A stretch of DNA of 64,000 bases, taken from Dehalococcoidia bacterium (GTDB lineage: Bacteria; Chloroflexota; Dehalococcoidia; Lucifugimonadales; SHYT01). A program made the translations under genes and the position numbers. The notes beneath the pieces were generated by a model. That model was not told the DNA's origin, ran no database searches, and worked only from the letters and a program-made list of their open reading frames with translations. The stretch covers positions 14,224 to 78,223 of the forward strand of contig SHYT01000006.1 of NCBI GenBank assembly GCA_009692665.1, read 5' to 3'. Positions 45,729 through 53,942 of the stretch are shown here, piece after piece. Each line of letters begins with the position of its first letter. Position 1 is the stretch's first letter.

Positions 45729-46694
45729 ATGAAAGCCCTGGAAGAATTGAGCGCCATCAGGCCAGGCCATGACACCGCCATCATCGTCGGTGTGTTCGAC
45801 GGCGTTCACCTGGGCCATCAACACCTGCTCCGCCAGTTGAGAGCCCGCGCACGGGAGCTGCATCTGCAAAGCACTGTCGTGACCTTCAAAAATCACCCAC
45901 GAGAAGTCCTCCACCCGGAGATGGACGTCCCGGCTCTCTCCACCCTGGCGCGTCGTGTCAGCATCATGCACACGCTCGGCATCGAGCTTGTTGTGCCGCT
46001 GACATTTGACCTGGAGCTTTCTAACCTCACCGCCCGCCAGTTCCTGGACATTCTCTATGACAAGCTTCGCATGCGTGCGCTCGTCGTCGGCCCGGACTTT
46101 GCGTTGGGCCACAACCGGGAAGGCACCGCACCCGTGTTGCACACATTGGGCAAAGACATAGGGATCCATACCAGCCAGGTCACGCCGCTGCTGCTGGACG
46201 GCCGTCAGATCAGCAGCACCGAAATCCGCCGCTACCTGGCGGAAGGCGATGTGGTCACCGCTGCGCGCTACCTAGGCAGGCCCTACTGCCTGGAAGGCCG
46301 CATTGTGCATGGCGACCGCCGTGGTTCCGATTTGGGTTACCCTACCACCAATCTGCAGGTGGAGCCCGGCACCTCTATTCCTAAGAACGGCATCTACGCC
46401 ACCTGGGTCTCCGTCAAAGGCAAACGCTACCCCTCCGCCACCAGCATCGGCGTGCGCCCCACGTTTGGTGAAAGCCTTGGACGCACCATTGAAACGTTCA
46501 TCCTGGACTTCAGCGATGACATCTACGGCCAGCCCATGAGCCTGGAATTCGCTCGGCGCCTGCGTGACGAGCTGAAGTTTGACTCCCCAGAAGCCCTCAT
46601 CTCCCAGATTGACCGTGACGTTGCCGACACTAAAATTGCGCTCAGCCTGTCCGACTGGATGCTGGAGATGTCCCCGCTCCGGTGGAGACAATAA
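45729..46694 (+). CDS. ribF: bifunctional riboflavin kinase / FMN adenylyltransferase
   Basis: 321 aa. VGVFDGVHLGHQHLL, and the kinase part GRIVHGDRRGSDLGYPTTNL...GIYATWV, E.FILDF..D.YG. Confidence 0.9.
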   Translation: MKALEELSAIRPGHDTAIIVGVFDGVHLGHQHLLRQLRARARELHLQSTVVTFKNHPREVLHPEMDVPALSTLARRVSIMHTLGIELVVPLTFDLELSNLTARQFLDILYDKLRMRALVVGPDFALGHNREGTAPVLHTLGKDIGIHTSQVTPLLLDGRQISSTEIRRYLAEGDVVTAARYLGRPYCLEGRIVHGDRRGSDLGYPTTNLQVEPGTSIPKNGIYATWVSVKGKRYPSATSIGVRPTFGESLGRTIETFILDFSDDIYGQPMSLEFARRLRDELKFDSPEALISQIDRDVADTKIALSLSDWMLEMSPLRWRQ

Positions 46695-46703
46695 CCCCCT
46701 GCC

Positions 46704-47132
46704 GTGCGCTCTTGCCGGGAAGCGCTACTATGGAAGCGCCGCATCGGCCCTGAGAAGCCAGGCCAGGAAGTCCGATCGGCCTACGACGGCCCATCAGGTC
46801 TGCAAGCTGTCTTGGACTCTCCGCCGGACATTGTGCTCCTGGATATCGGCATGCCGGGCATGGACAGCTACGCAGTGGCAAAGAAGCTCCGCGAATAAGA
46901 GGCGCTCAAAAACGTTGTGCTGGTCGCCTTAACCGGCTACGACCAGGAAGCCAACCTGCGTAACTCTCGCGACGCAGGGTTCGAATTCCACCTGGCCAAG
47001 CCGGTTACCGTTGGGTCGCTGCGCCAGCTCTTGCAGTCCGTCAAGGAGTTGAAGAGCTCGCGGGAGGGGGGGGGTAACGCAACGCCCTTACAAAATCACA
47101 AAGGCCTTGACACATCTCTAACATCCTGCTAA
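46704..47132 (+). pseudogene. remnant of a response-regulator receiver domain (N-terminally truncated, in-frame TAA)
   Basis: [84 protein letters not shown] is one continuous receiver domain in a single frame, interrupted by TAA at 46896. The DD acidic-pocket N-terminus is missing. Confidence 0.6.
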
Positions 47133-47136
47133 TAAT
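47107..47136 (+). promoter_or_regulatory. sigma-70-like promoter positioned for a leaderless transcript starting at the leader-peptide ATG
   Basis: TTGACA (47107-12), an 18-nt spacer, then AATAAT (47131-36). The ATG at 47144 begins 7 nt after the -10, and no SD lies between them. Confidence 0.5.
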
Positions 47137-47143
47137 CAGTACA

Positions 47144-47215
47144 ATGAATACCTTGAACGGGTTTTTCTATTACTTCTGGTTTACAGACGCCCGCCATAGG
47201 GAGGCTGCCTCGTAG
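47144..47215 (+). CDS. candidate leader peptide MNTLNGFFYYFWFTDARHREAAS (7 consecutive aromatic codons)
   Basis: 23-codon ORF read directly. TTT TTC TAT TAC TTC TGG TTT at 47162-47182. It is followed by alternative hairpins and the DAHP synthase gene. Too short to appear in the ORF track. Confidence 0.55.
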   Translation: MNTLNGFFYYFWFTDARHREAAS

Positions 47216-47241
47216 CGTAGTTTTTCAACCGAGCGCTCGCG

Positions 47242-47271
47242 AAGCCCTCCCATACGGAGGGCTTTTATTTT
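47242..47271 (+). terminator. intrinsic terminator / attenuator hairpin upstream of DAHP synthase
   Basis: AAGCCCTCC, loop CATAC, GGAGGGCTT (9 bp), followed by TTATTTT. It ends 31 nt before the aroG ATG. Confidence 0.65.
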
Positions 47272-47302
47272 GGCATTCAGCAATAACAGAAAGGAAGCCT
47301 CC

Positions 47303-48376
47303 ATGACACAGATTTACGACGTCAATGTCAAAAATATCCAAGCTCTTCCCACGCCCAGGGAGTACCTGGAATCCTTGCCCATCACCGACGCCGTTGCAGA
47401 GACCGTCCGCAGGGGCCGCCGCCAGATTGCGGATATTATGTCCGGCAAAGACAAGCGCATGCTCGTCATCGTCGGCCCGTGCTCCATCCATGACCTCAAG
47501 GCCGGCACCGAGTACGCGAACCGCCTGAAGGAACTTGCCCGGCGCTATGAGGACCAGATGCTTGTGTCCATGCGCGTGTACTTTGAGAAGCCGCGCACCA
47601 CGGTAGGGTGGAAGGGCATGGTCTACGACCCCCACATGAACAGCACGTACGACATCACCACCGGCCTGCGCATGGCCCGTGAGTTCTTGCTCAACGTGGG
47701 CGCAATGGGCCTGGCGGCCGCCACCGAGTTCGTGGACCCCATCACACCGCAATACATCGCTGACCTCGTCTCCTGGGGCGCCATTGGCGCGCGCACGGCT
47801 GAGAGCCAGACGCACCGGGAAATGGCCAGCGGCCTGAGCATGCCCATCGGCTTCAAGAACGGCACCGGCGGCAGCGTGCAGCTTGCCGTGGACGGCGTTG
47901 TCGCTTCCCAGGCCGCGCACGCTTTTCTGGGTGTGGACGGCAACGGCAAGGCGTCCATCGTTATGACCAAGGGCAACCCCAACTGCCACATCGTCCTGCG
48001 CGGCGGCTCCCGTGGCCCCAACTATGACGCCACCTCCATCGCCGACGCTGTTGCTCTTCTGAAGTCAGCCAAGGTGCGGACGCAGCTCATCGTGGACTGC
48101 TCCCACGCCAACTCCAACAAGGACCACACCCGCCAGGCCGCCGTCTACCGCGACCTGCTCAAGCAGCGCCTAGCCGGCAACGAGGACATCGTCGGCATCA
48201 TGCTGGAAAGCCATCTGAACCCCGGCGCGCAGAAGCTGGACGAGCGCGACCCCTCCAAGCTCAAGTACGGCGTCTCCATCACCGATGCCTGCATCGGCTG
48301 GGACGAGACCGCCGCTCTGCTGGCCGAGTCCTATGAAACCCTCAAGTCACGGCAGCAGGTCAGCGCGGGGCGGTAA
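47303..48376 (+). CDS. aroG: 3-deoxy-7-phosphoheptulonate (DAHP) synthase, class I
   Basis: 357 aa from ATG 47303 (AAAGGAAG upstream). LVIVGPCSIHD, VYFEKPRTTVGWKG, WGAIGARTAESQ.HRE.ASGLS.P.GFKNGT.G and KLKYG.SITDACI are typical of AroF/G/H-type enzymes. Isoenzyme specificity is unknown. Confidence 0.9.
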   Translation: MTQIYDVNVKNIQALPTPREYLESLPITDAVAETVRRGRRQIADIMSGKDKRMLVIVGPCSIHDLKAGTEYANRLKELARRYEDQMLVSMRVYFEKPRTTVGWKGMVYDPHMNSTYDITTGLRMAREFLLNVGAMGLAAATEFVDPITPQYIADLVSWGAIGARTAESQTHREMASGLSMPIGFKNGTGGSVQLAVDGVVASQAAHAFLGVDGNGKASIVMTKGNPNCHIVLRGGSRGPNYDATSIADAVALLKSAKVRTQLIVDCSHANSNKDHTRQAAVYRDLLKQRLAGNEDIVGIMLESHLNPGAQKLDERDPSKLKYGVSITDACIGWDETAALLAESYETLKSRQQVSAGR

Positions 48377-48402
48377 CACTCGCCAAACGTCTGCACGTAC
48401 AG

Positions 48403-48436
48403 ACCGTAGGGGCGCAGCATGCTGCGCCCCTACGGT
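48403..48436. repeat. GTAGGGGC-type perfect 34-nt palindrome downstream of aroG (probable terminator)
   Basis: ACCGTAGGGGCGCAG, loop CATG, then CTGCGCCCCTACGGT (15-bp stem), 27 nt after the aroG stop. No T tract. Confidence 0.6.
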
Positions 48437-48493
48437 TGTTAACACGCCCCGTCCGCTACAATATCCCTAGCCAGCCAAACCCAAAGAGGCGCC

Positions 48494-49675
48494 ATGCTAG
48501 ACCAAGCCACCATCCACAAGCTCACCCGCCGGGGCGTCGCTGAAATCGTCTCTGAAGAGGAGTTCGTCAGGCTCCTCCAAGCGGGCGCGCCCCTGCGCCT
48601 CAAGATGGGCTTCGACCCATCCCGCCCGGACTTGCACCTGGGACACGTCGTCGGGCTGCGCAAGCTGCGGCAGTTGCAGGACATTGGCCACCAGGTCGTG
48701 CTCGTCGTCGGCGACTGGACGGCGCAGATCGGCGACCCGTCCGGCCGCTCCGCCACCCGCACCATGCTCACCGCGGAAGAGGTGAGGTCCAACGCCCTCA
48801 CGTACATGGAGCAGTTCTTCCGCATCGTGGACAAGCAGAAGACCGAAGTCCGCTGGCAGACCGAGTGGTTCGGCAAGTTCACGCTGAAAGACGTGGTGCG
48901 ACTCACCGCCAAGTTCACCGTCGCCCAGTTCCTCCAGCGCGAGGACTTCCGCAAGCGCTTCGACGCCGGGCACCCCATCGCCATCACGGAGCTGCTCTAT
49001 CCGCTCATGCAGGCGTACGACTCCGTCGTCATCCGCTCAGACGTGGAGTTCGGCGGCACGGATCAGAAGTTTAACCTGCTGGTGGGCCGGGAGCTGCAGC
49101 AGATGCAGGGCATGCGGCCGCAGCAGTGCTTCATGGTGCCCATCCTCGTCGGCATAGACGGCGTCCAGAAGATGTCCAAGAGCCTCAGCAACTACATCGC
49201 CGTTGACGAGCCGGGCGCCGACCAGTACGGCAAGGTCATGTCGCTGCCCGACGCTGAAATCGTCCCGTACTTTGAGCTGCTCACCGACACGCCGGACGCC
49301 GAGCTTGCCGAGATGCGCGCGCACATCGCGGGCGGCGCCGTCAACCCCATGACGCTGAAAAAACGCCTCGCCCACGAAATCGTCCGCATGCTGCACGGCC
49401 CCGAGGACGCGCAGGCGGCGCAGGAGCACTTTGAGCGCGTGCATCAGCAGGGGGACATTCCAGCCGACATCCCCACCTACGCCTTCAACGGCGCGCCCCT
49501 CGTAGACGTGCTCGTCAGCGCAGGCCTCGCCGCCAGCAAGAGCGAGGCGCGGCGGCTGGTCGCCCAAAAGGCGGTTGAGGTGAACGGCGCCGCCGTTTCC
49601 CCAGAGACACCGCCAACCTTGAAAGCCGGCGACGTGATCCGCGTGGGCAAGCGGCGGTTCGTGAAGCTAGGCTAG
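48494..49675 (+). CDS. tyrS: tyrosine--tRNA ligase
   Basis: 393 aa. HIGH-type motif (PDLHLGHVVG), KMSKS, GDPSGRS, and the C-terminal S4-like domain (SKSEARRLVAQKAVEVNG). Confidence 0.95.
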   Translation: MLDQATIHKLTRRGVAEIVSEEEFVRLLQAGAPLRLKMGFDPSRPDLHLGHVVGLRKLRQLQDIGHQVVLVVGDWTAQIGDPSGRSATRTMLTAEEVRSNALTYMEQFFRIVDKQKTEVRWQTEWFGKFTLKDVVRLTAKFTVAQFLQREDFRKRFDAGHPIAITELLYPLMQAYDSVVIRSDVEFGGTDQKFNLLVGRELQQMQGMRPQQCFMVPILVGIDGVQKMSKSLSNYIAVDEPGADQYGKVMSLPDAEIVPYFELLTDTPDAELAEMRAHIAGGAVNPMTLKKRLAHEIVRMLHGPEDAQAAQEHFERVHQQGDIPADIPTYAFNGAPLVDVLVSAGLAASKSEARRLVAQKAVEVNGAAVSPETPPTLKAGDVIRVGKRRFVKLG

Positions 49676-49687
49676 CTGACTCCGAAC

Positions 49688-49918
49688 ATGTCATTTGCCA
49701 AGCCACAGTTGAGAACAGTAATTGCCGTCGCCCTTGCTGCCGTCGGCGCGCCAATTATGATCTGGGGTGCCATCGGCTTCATCTCCGTCATACGCACCTA
49801 CAACGGCATCCATGACACCCTCGTCCGTTTCTACCTGACCCTCATCGTCATCGGCATCCTCACCCTGGCCGCAACCCTCGCGCTCTGGCTCATCCCCAAG
49901 TACCGCCATCCCCAATAG
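49688..49918 (+). CDS. hypothetical small membrane protein
   Basis: 76 aa with two clear hydrophobic helices. No family recognised. Confidence 0.4.
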   Translation: MSFAKPQLRTVIAVALAAVGAPIMIWGAIGFISVIRTYNGIHDTLVRFYLTLIVIGILTLAATLALWLIPKYRHPQ

Positions 49919-50179
49919 AACCGCCAAGCGTGCATGCTCTCAAGCTTGGATGGCTTATCGGCTATGTAGGTCAATGCTGGTCACTTGCGCAGCAATGCTT
50001 GCAGTGCGAAGTCCTGCTGCAAAGTCAGGGCGCATATATGCCTGGGGCAACAGGGCGTGCCCCCTCACGACATACGTCCACGGTTTGGTGACTTTTGCCC
50101 TGCGTTATGGAACGCGCAGTGCTACAATAAGCCCCGATATCCTGCGGCCAAATACACCCACAAAAAAGAGGAGCACATC

Positions 50180-51280
50180 GTGCCTGTAAACCTTCGAATT
50201 CCCGGCCCTACCCCGTGCCCCGAGGACGTCCTCCAGGCTGGGGCCAAGCCCATGATGAACCACCGCGGCCCTGAGTTCCGCGACATCATGTTCCGCACCC
50301 ACACGCGCCTTCAGACCGTCTTCCAGACCAAGAACGACATCATCATGCTGACGACCTCCGGCACCGGCGGCCTGGAAGCTGCCGTTGCCAACATCGTCTC
50401 CCCCGGCGATAGGGTGCTCTGCGTCAGCATCGGCGCGTTCGGCGACCGGTTCACGCAGATCTGCGAGGCGTACGGGGCTAAGGTCACCAAGATGCAGGTG
50501 CCCTGGGGCCACGCGGCCAACCCCGACGAAATCGCCAAGGCGCTTGACGCTGACCCCTCCATCAAAGCCGTCACCGTCACCCACAATGAGACCTCCACCG
50601 GCGTCACCAACGACATCGCGTCCATCGCCAAAGTCGTGAAGGGGCACGACAAGCTCATCCTCGTCGACGCTGTGAGCAGCCTGAGCTGCATCCCCGTCCT
50701 TGTGGATGCGTGGCAGTGCGACGTGGTCGTCACCGCGTCCCAGAAGGGCTTCATGGTGCCCCCCGGCCTCGCGTTCGTCAGCGTCAGCGCCGCCGCGTGG
50801 GAGGCCAACAAGGCCGCCAAGTCGCCGCGCTTCTACTTCGATTTCAAGCGTCACAAGGACTCCCTTGCCAGGGGCGAGACGCCGTGGACGCCTGGTATGT
50901 CGCTTTTCTTCTCGCTTGACCTTGCGCTGGACAAGCTGCTCAAAGAGGGCATGGAAAACGTCTACGCCCGCCACGCGTCCATCGCGAAGCACACCCGCAA
51001 GCAGATTAAGAGCATCGGCTGCACGCTGTTCTGCGCCGACCCAAAGTTCGCGTCCAACACCGTCACCGCCATCAACGCGCCCGCGGGCATCGACACCAAC
51101 AAGCTGGTGGAAATCCTGCGCAAGGAAGAAAACACGGTCGTCGGCGAAGGTCAGGCCGCGCTCAGCGGCAAAATCTTCCGCCTCGGGCACATGGGCTACG
51201 TCACACAGAAAGATTTGGATGACGCGATTCAGGCCGTCAAGCGCGCGCTCGCCAAGATGGGCGCCCAGGTGCCTGCCTAG
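50180..51280 (+). CDS. class V aminotransferase (serine-pyruvate/alanine-glyoxylate/phosphoserine aminotransferase family)
   Basis: GTG 50180 with AAGAGGAG upstream. IPGPTP.P..V......MNHRGPEF, TTSGTGGLEAAV, and the PLP lysine motif ASQKGFMVPPG. Its position next to serA suggests a SerC-like role (inference). Confidence 0.8.
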   Translation: MPVNLRIPGPTPCPEDVLQAGAKPMMNHRGPEFRDIMFRTHTRLQTVFQTKNDIIMLTTSGTGGLEAAVANIVSPGDRVLCVSIGAFGDRFTQICEAYGAKVTKMQVPWGHAANPDEIAKALDADPSIKAVTVTHNETSTGVTNDIASIAKVVKGHDKLILVDAVSSLSCIPVLVDAWQCDVVVTASQKGFMVPPGLAFVSVSAAAWEANKAAKSPRFYFDFKRHKDSLARGETPWTPGMSLFFSLDLALDKLLKEGMENVYARHASIAKHTRKQIKSIGCTLFCADPKFASNTVTAINAPAGIDTNKLVEILRKEENTVVGEGQAALSGKIFRLGHMGYVTQKDLDDAIQAVKRALAKMGAQVPA

Positions 51281-51293
51281 CATTAACAAACAA

Positions 51294-51333
51294 TCCCCTC
51301 TCCTTCGGAATGGGAGAGGGCTAGGGTGAGGGA
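51294..51333. repeat. TCCCCT..TCC / GGGAGAGGG..GGGTGAGGGA hairpin repeat, copy 2
   Basis: TCCCCTCTCCTTCGGAATGGGAGAGGGCTAGGGTGAGGGA, with an 8-bp stem CCCTCTCC/GGAGAGGG. Located in the spacer between the aminotransferase gene and serA. Related to 26495-26526. Confidence 0.6.
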
Positions 51334-51382
51334 AGTCTCCTCCATGCTTACATGGCGAGGAGAGATCACGAACGGAGTGACA

Positions 51383-53005
51383 ATGTTCAGAATCCTCGTC
51401 GCTGACCCACTGCATGATGCCGCCGCTCAGATGTTCAAGCAGCACGCCGACATCCAGCTCGATACCAAGCTCAAGCTGCCCAAGGCCGACCTCCTGAAAA
51501 TCATCGGCGACTATGATGCACTCATTGTCCGCAGCGAGACGCAGGTCACCGCGGACGTGCTGAAGGCGGGCCACCGTCTCCAGGTGGTCGCGCGCGCAGG
51601 CGTTGGCGTAGACAACATCGACCTGGACACCGCCACGCAACAGGGCATCGCAGTGGTGAACGCGCCCACGGGCAACACCATCGCCGCCGCCGAGCACACT
51701 ATCGCGCTGATGATGGCGATGGCGCGCAACATCCCACAAGCCGATGCCTCCATGAAGCGGGGCGAGTGGAAGCGCGGCGACTTCATGGGCATCGAAGTGA
51801 AGGGCAAGACGCTCGGCATCGTCGGCCTGGGCCGCGTCGGCTCCGAGGTCGCGAAGCGCGCCCAAGGCATGCAGATGCGCACCATCGGCTTTGACCCATA
51901 CGTTCCCGCCGAGGCCGGCCAGCGCATGAACGTTGAGCTCATGACGCTGGAAAAAATGATTACCGAGTGTGATTTCCTGACCATCCACACGCCGCTTACC
52001 CAAGGCACTAAGAGCCTCATCGGCGCAAAAGAGCTTGCGTCCATGAAGAGGGGCGCGCGTCTGCTGAATGTGGCGCGCGGCGGCCTCATCGACGAGCAGG
52101 CGCTCGTGGATGCCGTGAACAGCGGCCACATCGCCGGCGCCGCCATTGACGTGTACCCTGAGGAGCCGCCTAAAGAGTACGGCCCTCTTTTCAAGCACCC
52201 CAAGATCATCACCGTCCCTCACCTTGGCGCGTCCACCGTGGAAGCGCAGGCAAGCGTGGCCAAGGAAGCCGTGGAGCAGCTACTCTTGGTGCTGCGCGGC
52301 CAGCCCGCCCGCTGGACGGTCAACGTCCCGTTCATCCCCATCGAGGCGCAGCAAGCGCTTGGGCCGTACTTGGAAGTCGGCACCATGCTCGGCCGCATTG
52401 CTGTCCAGCTTGCGGAAGGCCAGTGGACTTCCGTCACCCTCCGCTACGAAGGCGAAATCGCCAGCTTCAACACGGCCATGCTTAAGTCAGCAGCGCTCAT
52501 CGGCCTGCTCCAACCCGTCGTCTCTGAGCGCGTCAACCTGGTGAACGCACCCATCCTGGCGCAGCAGCGCGGCCTGCGTGTGGAAGAGCACAAGGGCCCG
52601 TCTGAGGAACAGTACCCCAGCCTGCTCACGCTCGAGGTTGCCTCTTCAGAAGGCACGCTCATCCTGAGCGGCACGTTTGGACGGGGCAAAGTCCACATCG
52701 TTCGCGTGGGCCAATCGTGGCTTGACGCCGTGCCGGACAGCCCATATATGTTGTTCACGGACCACCGCGACCGACCCGGCCTCATCGGCGCGTTCGGCAC
52801 TATCATGGGGCAGCACGACGTGAACATCAGCTTCATGGAGGTTGGCCGCTTGGAGGCTCGGGGCGCCGCCACCATGGTCATCGGCGCCGATAACCCCATC
52901 CCGCCTGAGGTGCTCGCCAAGCTCCGCGCCATCCCCGGCGTCAAGAACGTCAAGCTTGTCACCCTCGCCAACGGCGCGCCAGACGCCTCAGTACGAAGGG
53001 ACTAA
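51383..53005 (+). CDS. serA: D-3-phosphoglycerate dehydrogenase (long form with ASB and ACT domains)
   Basis: ATG 51383 (GGAG upstream). FRILVADPL, GIVGLGRVGSEVAKRA, HTPLT..T, the PHLGAST motifs, and a C-terminal ACT-like domain. Confidence 0.9.
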   Translation: MFRILVADPLHDAAAQMFKQHADIQLDTKLKLPKADLLKIIGDYDALIVRSETQVTADVLKAGHRLQVVARAGVGVDNIDLDTATQQGIAVVNAPTGNTIAAAEHTIALMMAMARNIPQADASMKRGEWKRGDFMGIEVKGKTLGIVGLGRVGSEVAKRAQGMQMRTIGFDPYVPAEAGQRMNVELMTLEKMITECDFLTIHTPLTQGTKSLIGAKELASMKRGARLLNVARGGLIDEQALVDAVNSGHIAGAAIDVYPEEPPKEYGPLFKHPKIITVPHLGASTVEAQASVAKEAVEQLLLVLRGQPARWTVNVPFIPIEAQQALGPYLEVGTMLGRIAVQLAEGQWTSVTLRYEGEIASFNTAMLKSAALIGLLQPVVSERVNLVNAPILAQQRGLRVEEHKGPSEEQYPSLLTLEVASSEGTLILSGTFGRGKVHIVRVGQSWLDAVPDSPYMLFTDHRDRPGLIGAFGTIMGQHDVNISFMEVGRLEARGAATMVIGADNPIPPEVLAKLRAIPGVKNVKLVTLANGAPDASVRRD

Positions 53006-53029
53006 CGCTCTGGGTCGTTACCATTCTAA

Positions 53030-53290
53030 GTCCGCAGCGGCAAAGTGAAGCCGAGCGGAACCCCGAGCGGAGTCGAAGGGAATCTGGAGTGGGGAAGCAT
53101 CCGGCAGCCAGCCACAGTGGTATTATCCGTTCGTGGTGCGGAGCCGCAGCGGAGTCCCGCTGGAAGTCGGGGAGCTTGTCGAATCCATGAACGGACGCCA
53201 CCTCTCTTAACAGACAGCCTACCAGCGTCCTGCACATCTTCAGCACACGCGGAGTGAAGCGGAGCGGAACCCGACTCAGCTCCGAGTAGG
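53030..53290. repeat. non-coding region packed with degenerate GCGGAG / GAGCGGAACCC repeats and one 29-nt interspersed repeat copy
   Basis: AGTGAAGCCGAGCGGAACCCCGA (53044-) and AGTGAAGCGGAGCGGAACCCGA (53253-) are near-identical. About seven (A)GCGGA(G) units are present. The 29-nt repeat copy B lies at 53173-53201, with partner CCGTTCGTGG at 53127-53136. Confidence 0.6.
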
Positions 53291-53300
53291 GGGTGCGCAC

Positions 53301-53855
53301 GTGGCGCAAAACAACGAGCCCAACAATCAGCCAGGCGGCCCGCAAAACCCTGAGAGCTCCGGCCTCGTACCCCCATCCGGCACGCCGTACGTCGCCGCGG
53401 GCACCGGCATCAACGCCTCACTCGCCCGGCTCCGTCTGCTCATCCGAAGCATTGAGCAAAGGCAGCAGGAATCGCAGCGCCGCCTCAACGTGCTGCGCCA
53501 GCAGTTCCGGCGCATCCCAACGCTCGCCGTCAACAGCCCGCTCAACGTGGAGACCTATCTGGCTGCCACGGCCGAGTCGCGCCGCTGCATCGCTAACCTT
53601 GAGTTGGAAGTGCAAGACCTGAAGCTGCTGCACACGCACGCCCAGCGAGAACTGTACACGCTAGAGCTGACCATCCGCATCCAGCACAATCAGGCCGACC
53701 TGGCGCACCTCAAAGAGCAGGCCCGCTGGGACGACCGCCCGGAGCTTGCCGAAGAAATTAAACGCCTGGAATCATTGGCGCAAGATTACGCGCTGGAAGC
53801 CGGCCGCAGCATCACCAGCGCAGAGCTACCCACGCTGGAGCCGCCTGTGCGGTAG
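53301..53855 (+). CDS. hypothetical coiled-coil protein
   Basis: 184 aa. Disordered Pro/Gly/Asn-rich N-terminus followed by heptad-like Gln/Leu/Arg-rich helices. GTG start with AGGGGGTG upstream. No family recognised. Confidence 0.45.
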   Translation: MAQNNEPNNQPGGPQNPESSGLVPPSGTPYVAAGTGINASLARLRLLIRSIEQRQQESQRRLNVLRQQFRRIPTLAVNSPLNVETYLAATAESRRCIANLELEVQDLKLLHTHAQRELYTLELTIRIQHNQADLAHLKEQARWDDRPELAEEIKRLESLAQDYALEAGRSITSAELPTLEPPVR

Positions 53856-53942
53856 CGGCGCGCTTCGATTCCAACGATTTTGCGCTCCCGCGTATGATGA
53901 AGACGCATTGCTGATGTTACGCACATCAGATAAGTCTTCGAG

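Noticed and set aside
50105-52222. 705-aa minus-strand ORF spanning the aminotransferase gene, the spacer and serA
   Set aside because: It lies entirely antisense to two genes with strong family motifs. Its composition (Gly/Asp/Arg/His/Val/Ala/Leu-rich, no motifs) is typical of shadow ORFs in GC-rich DNA.
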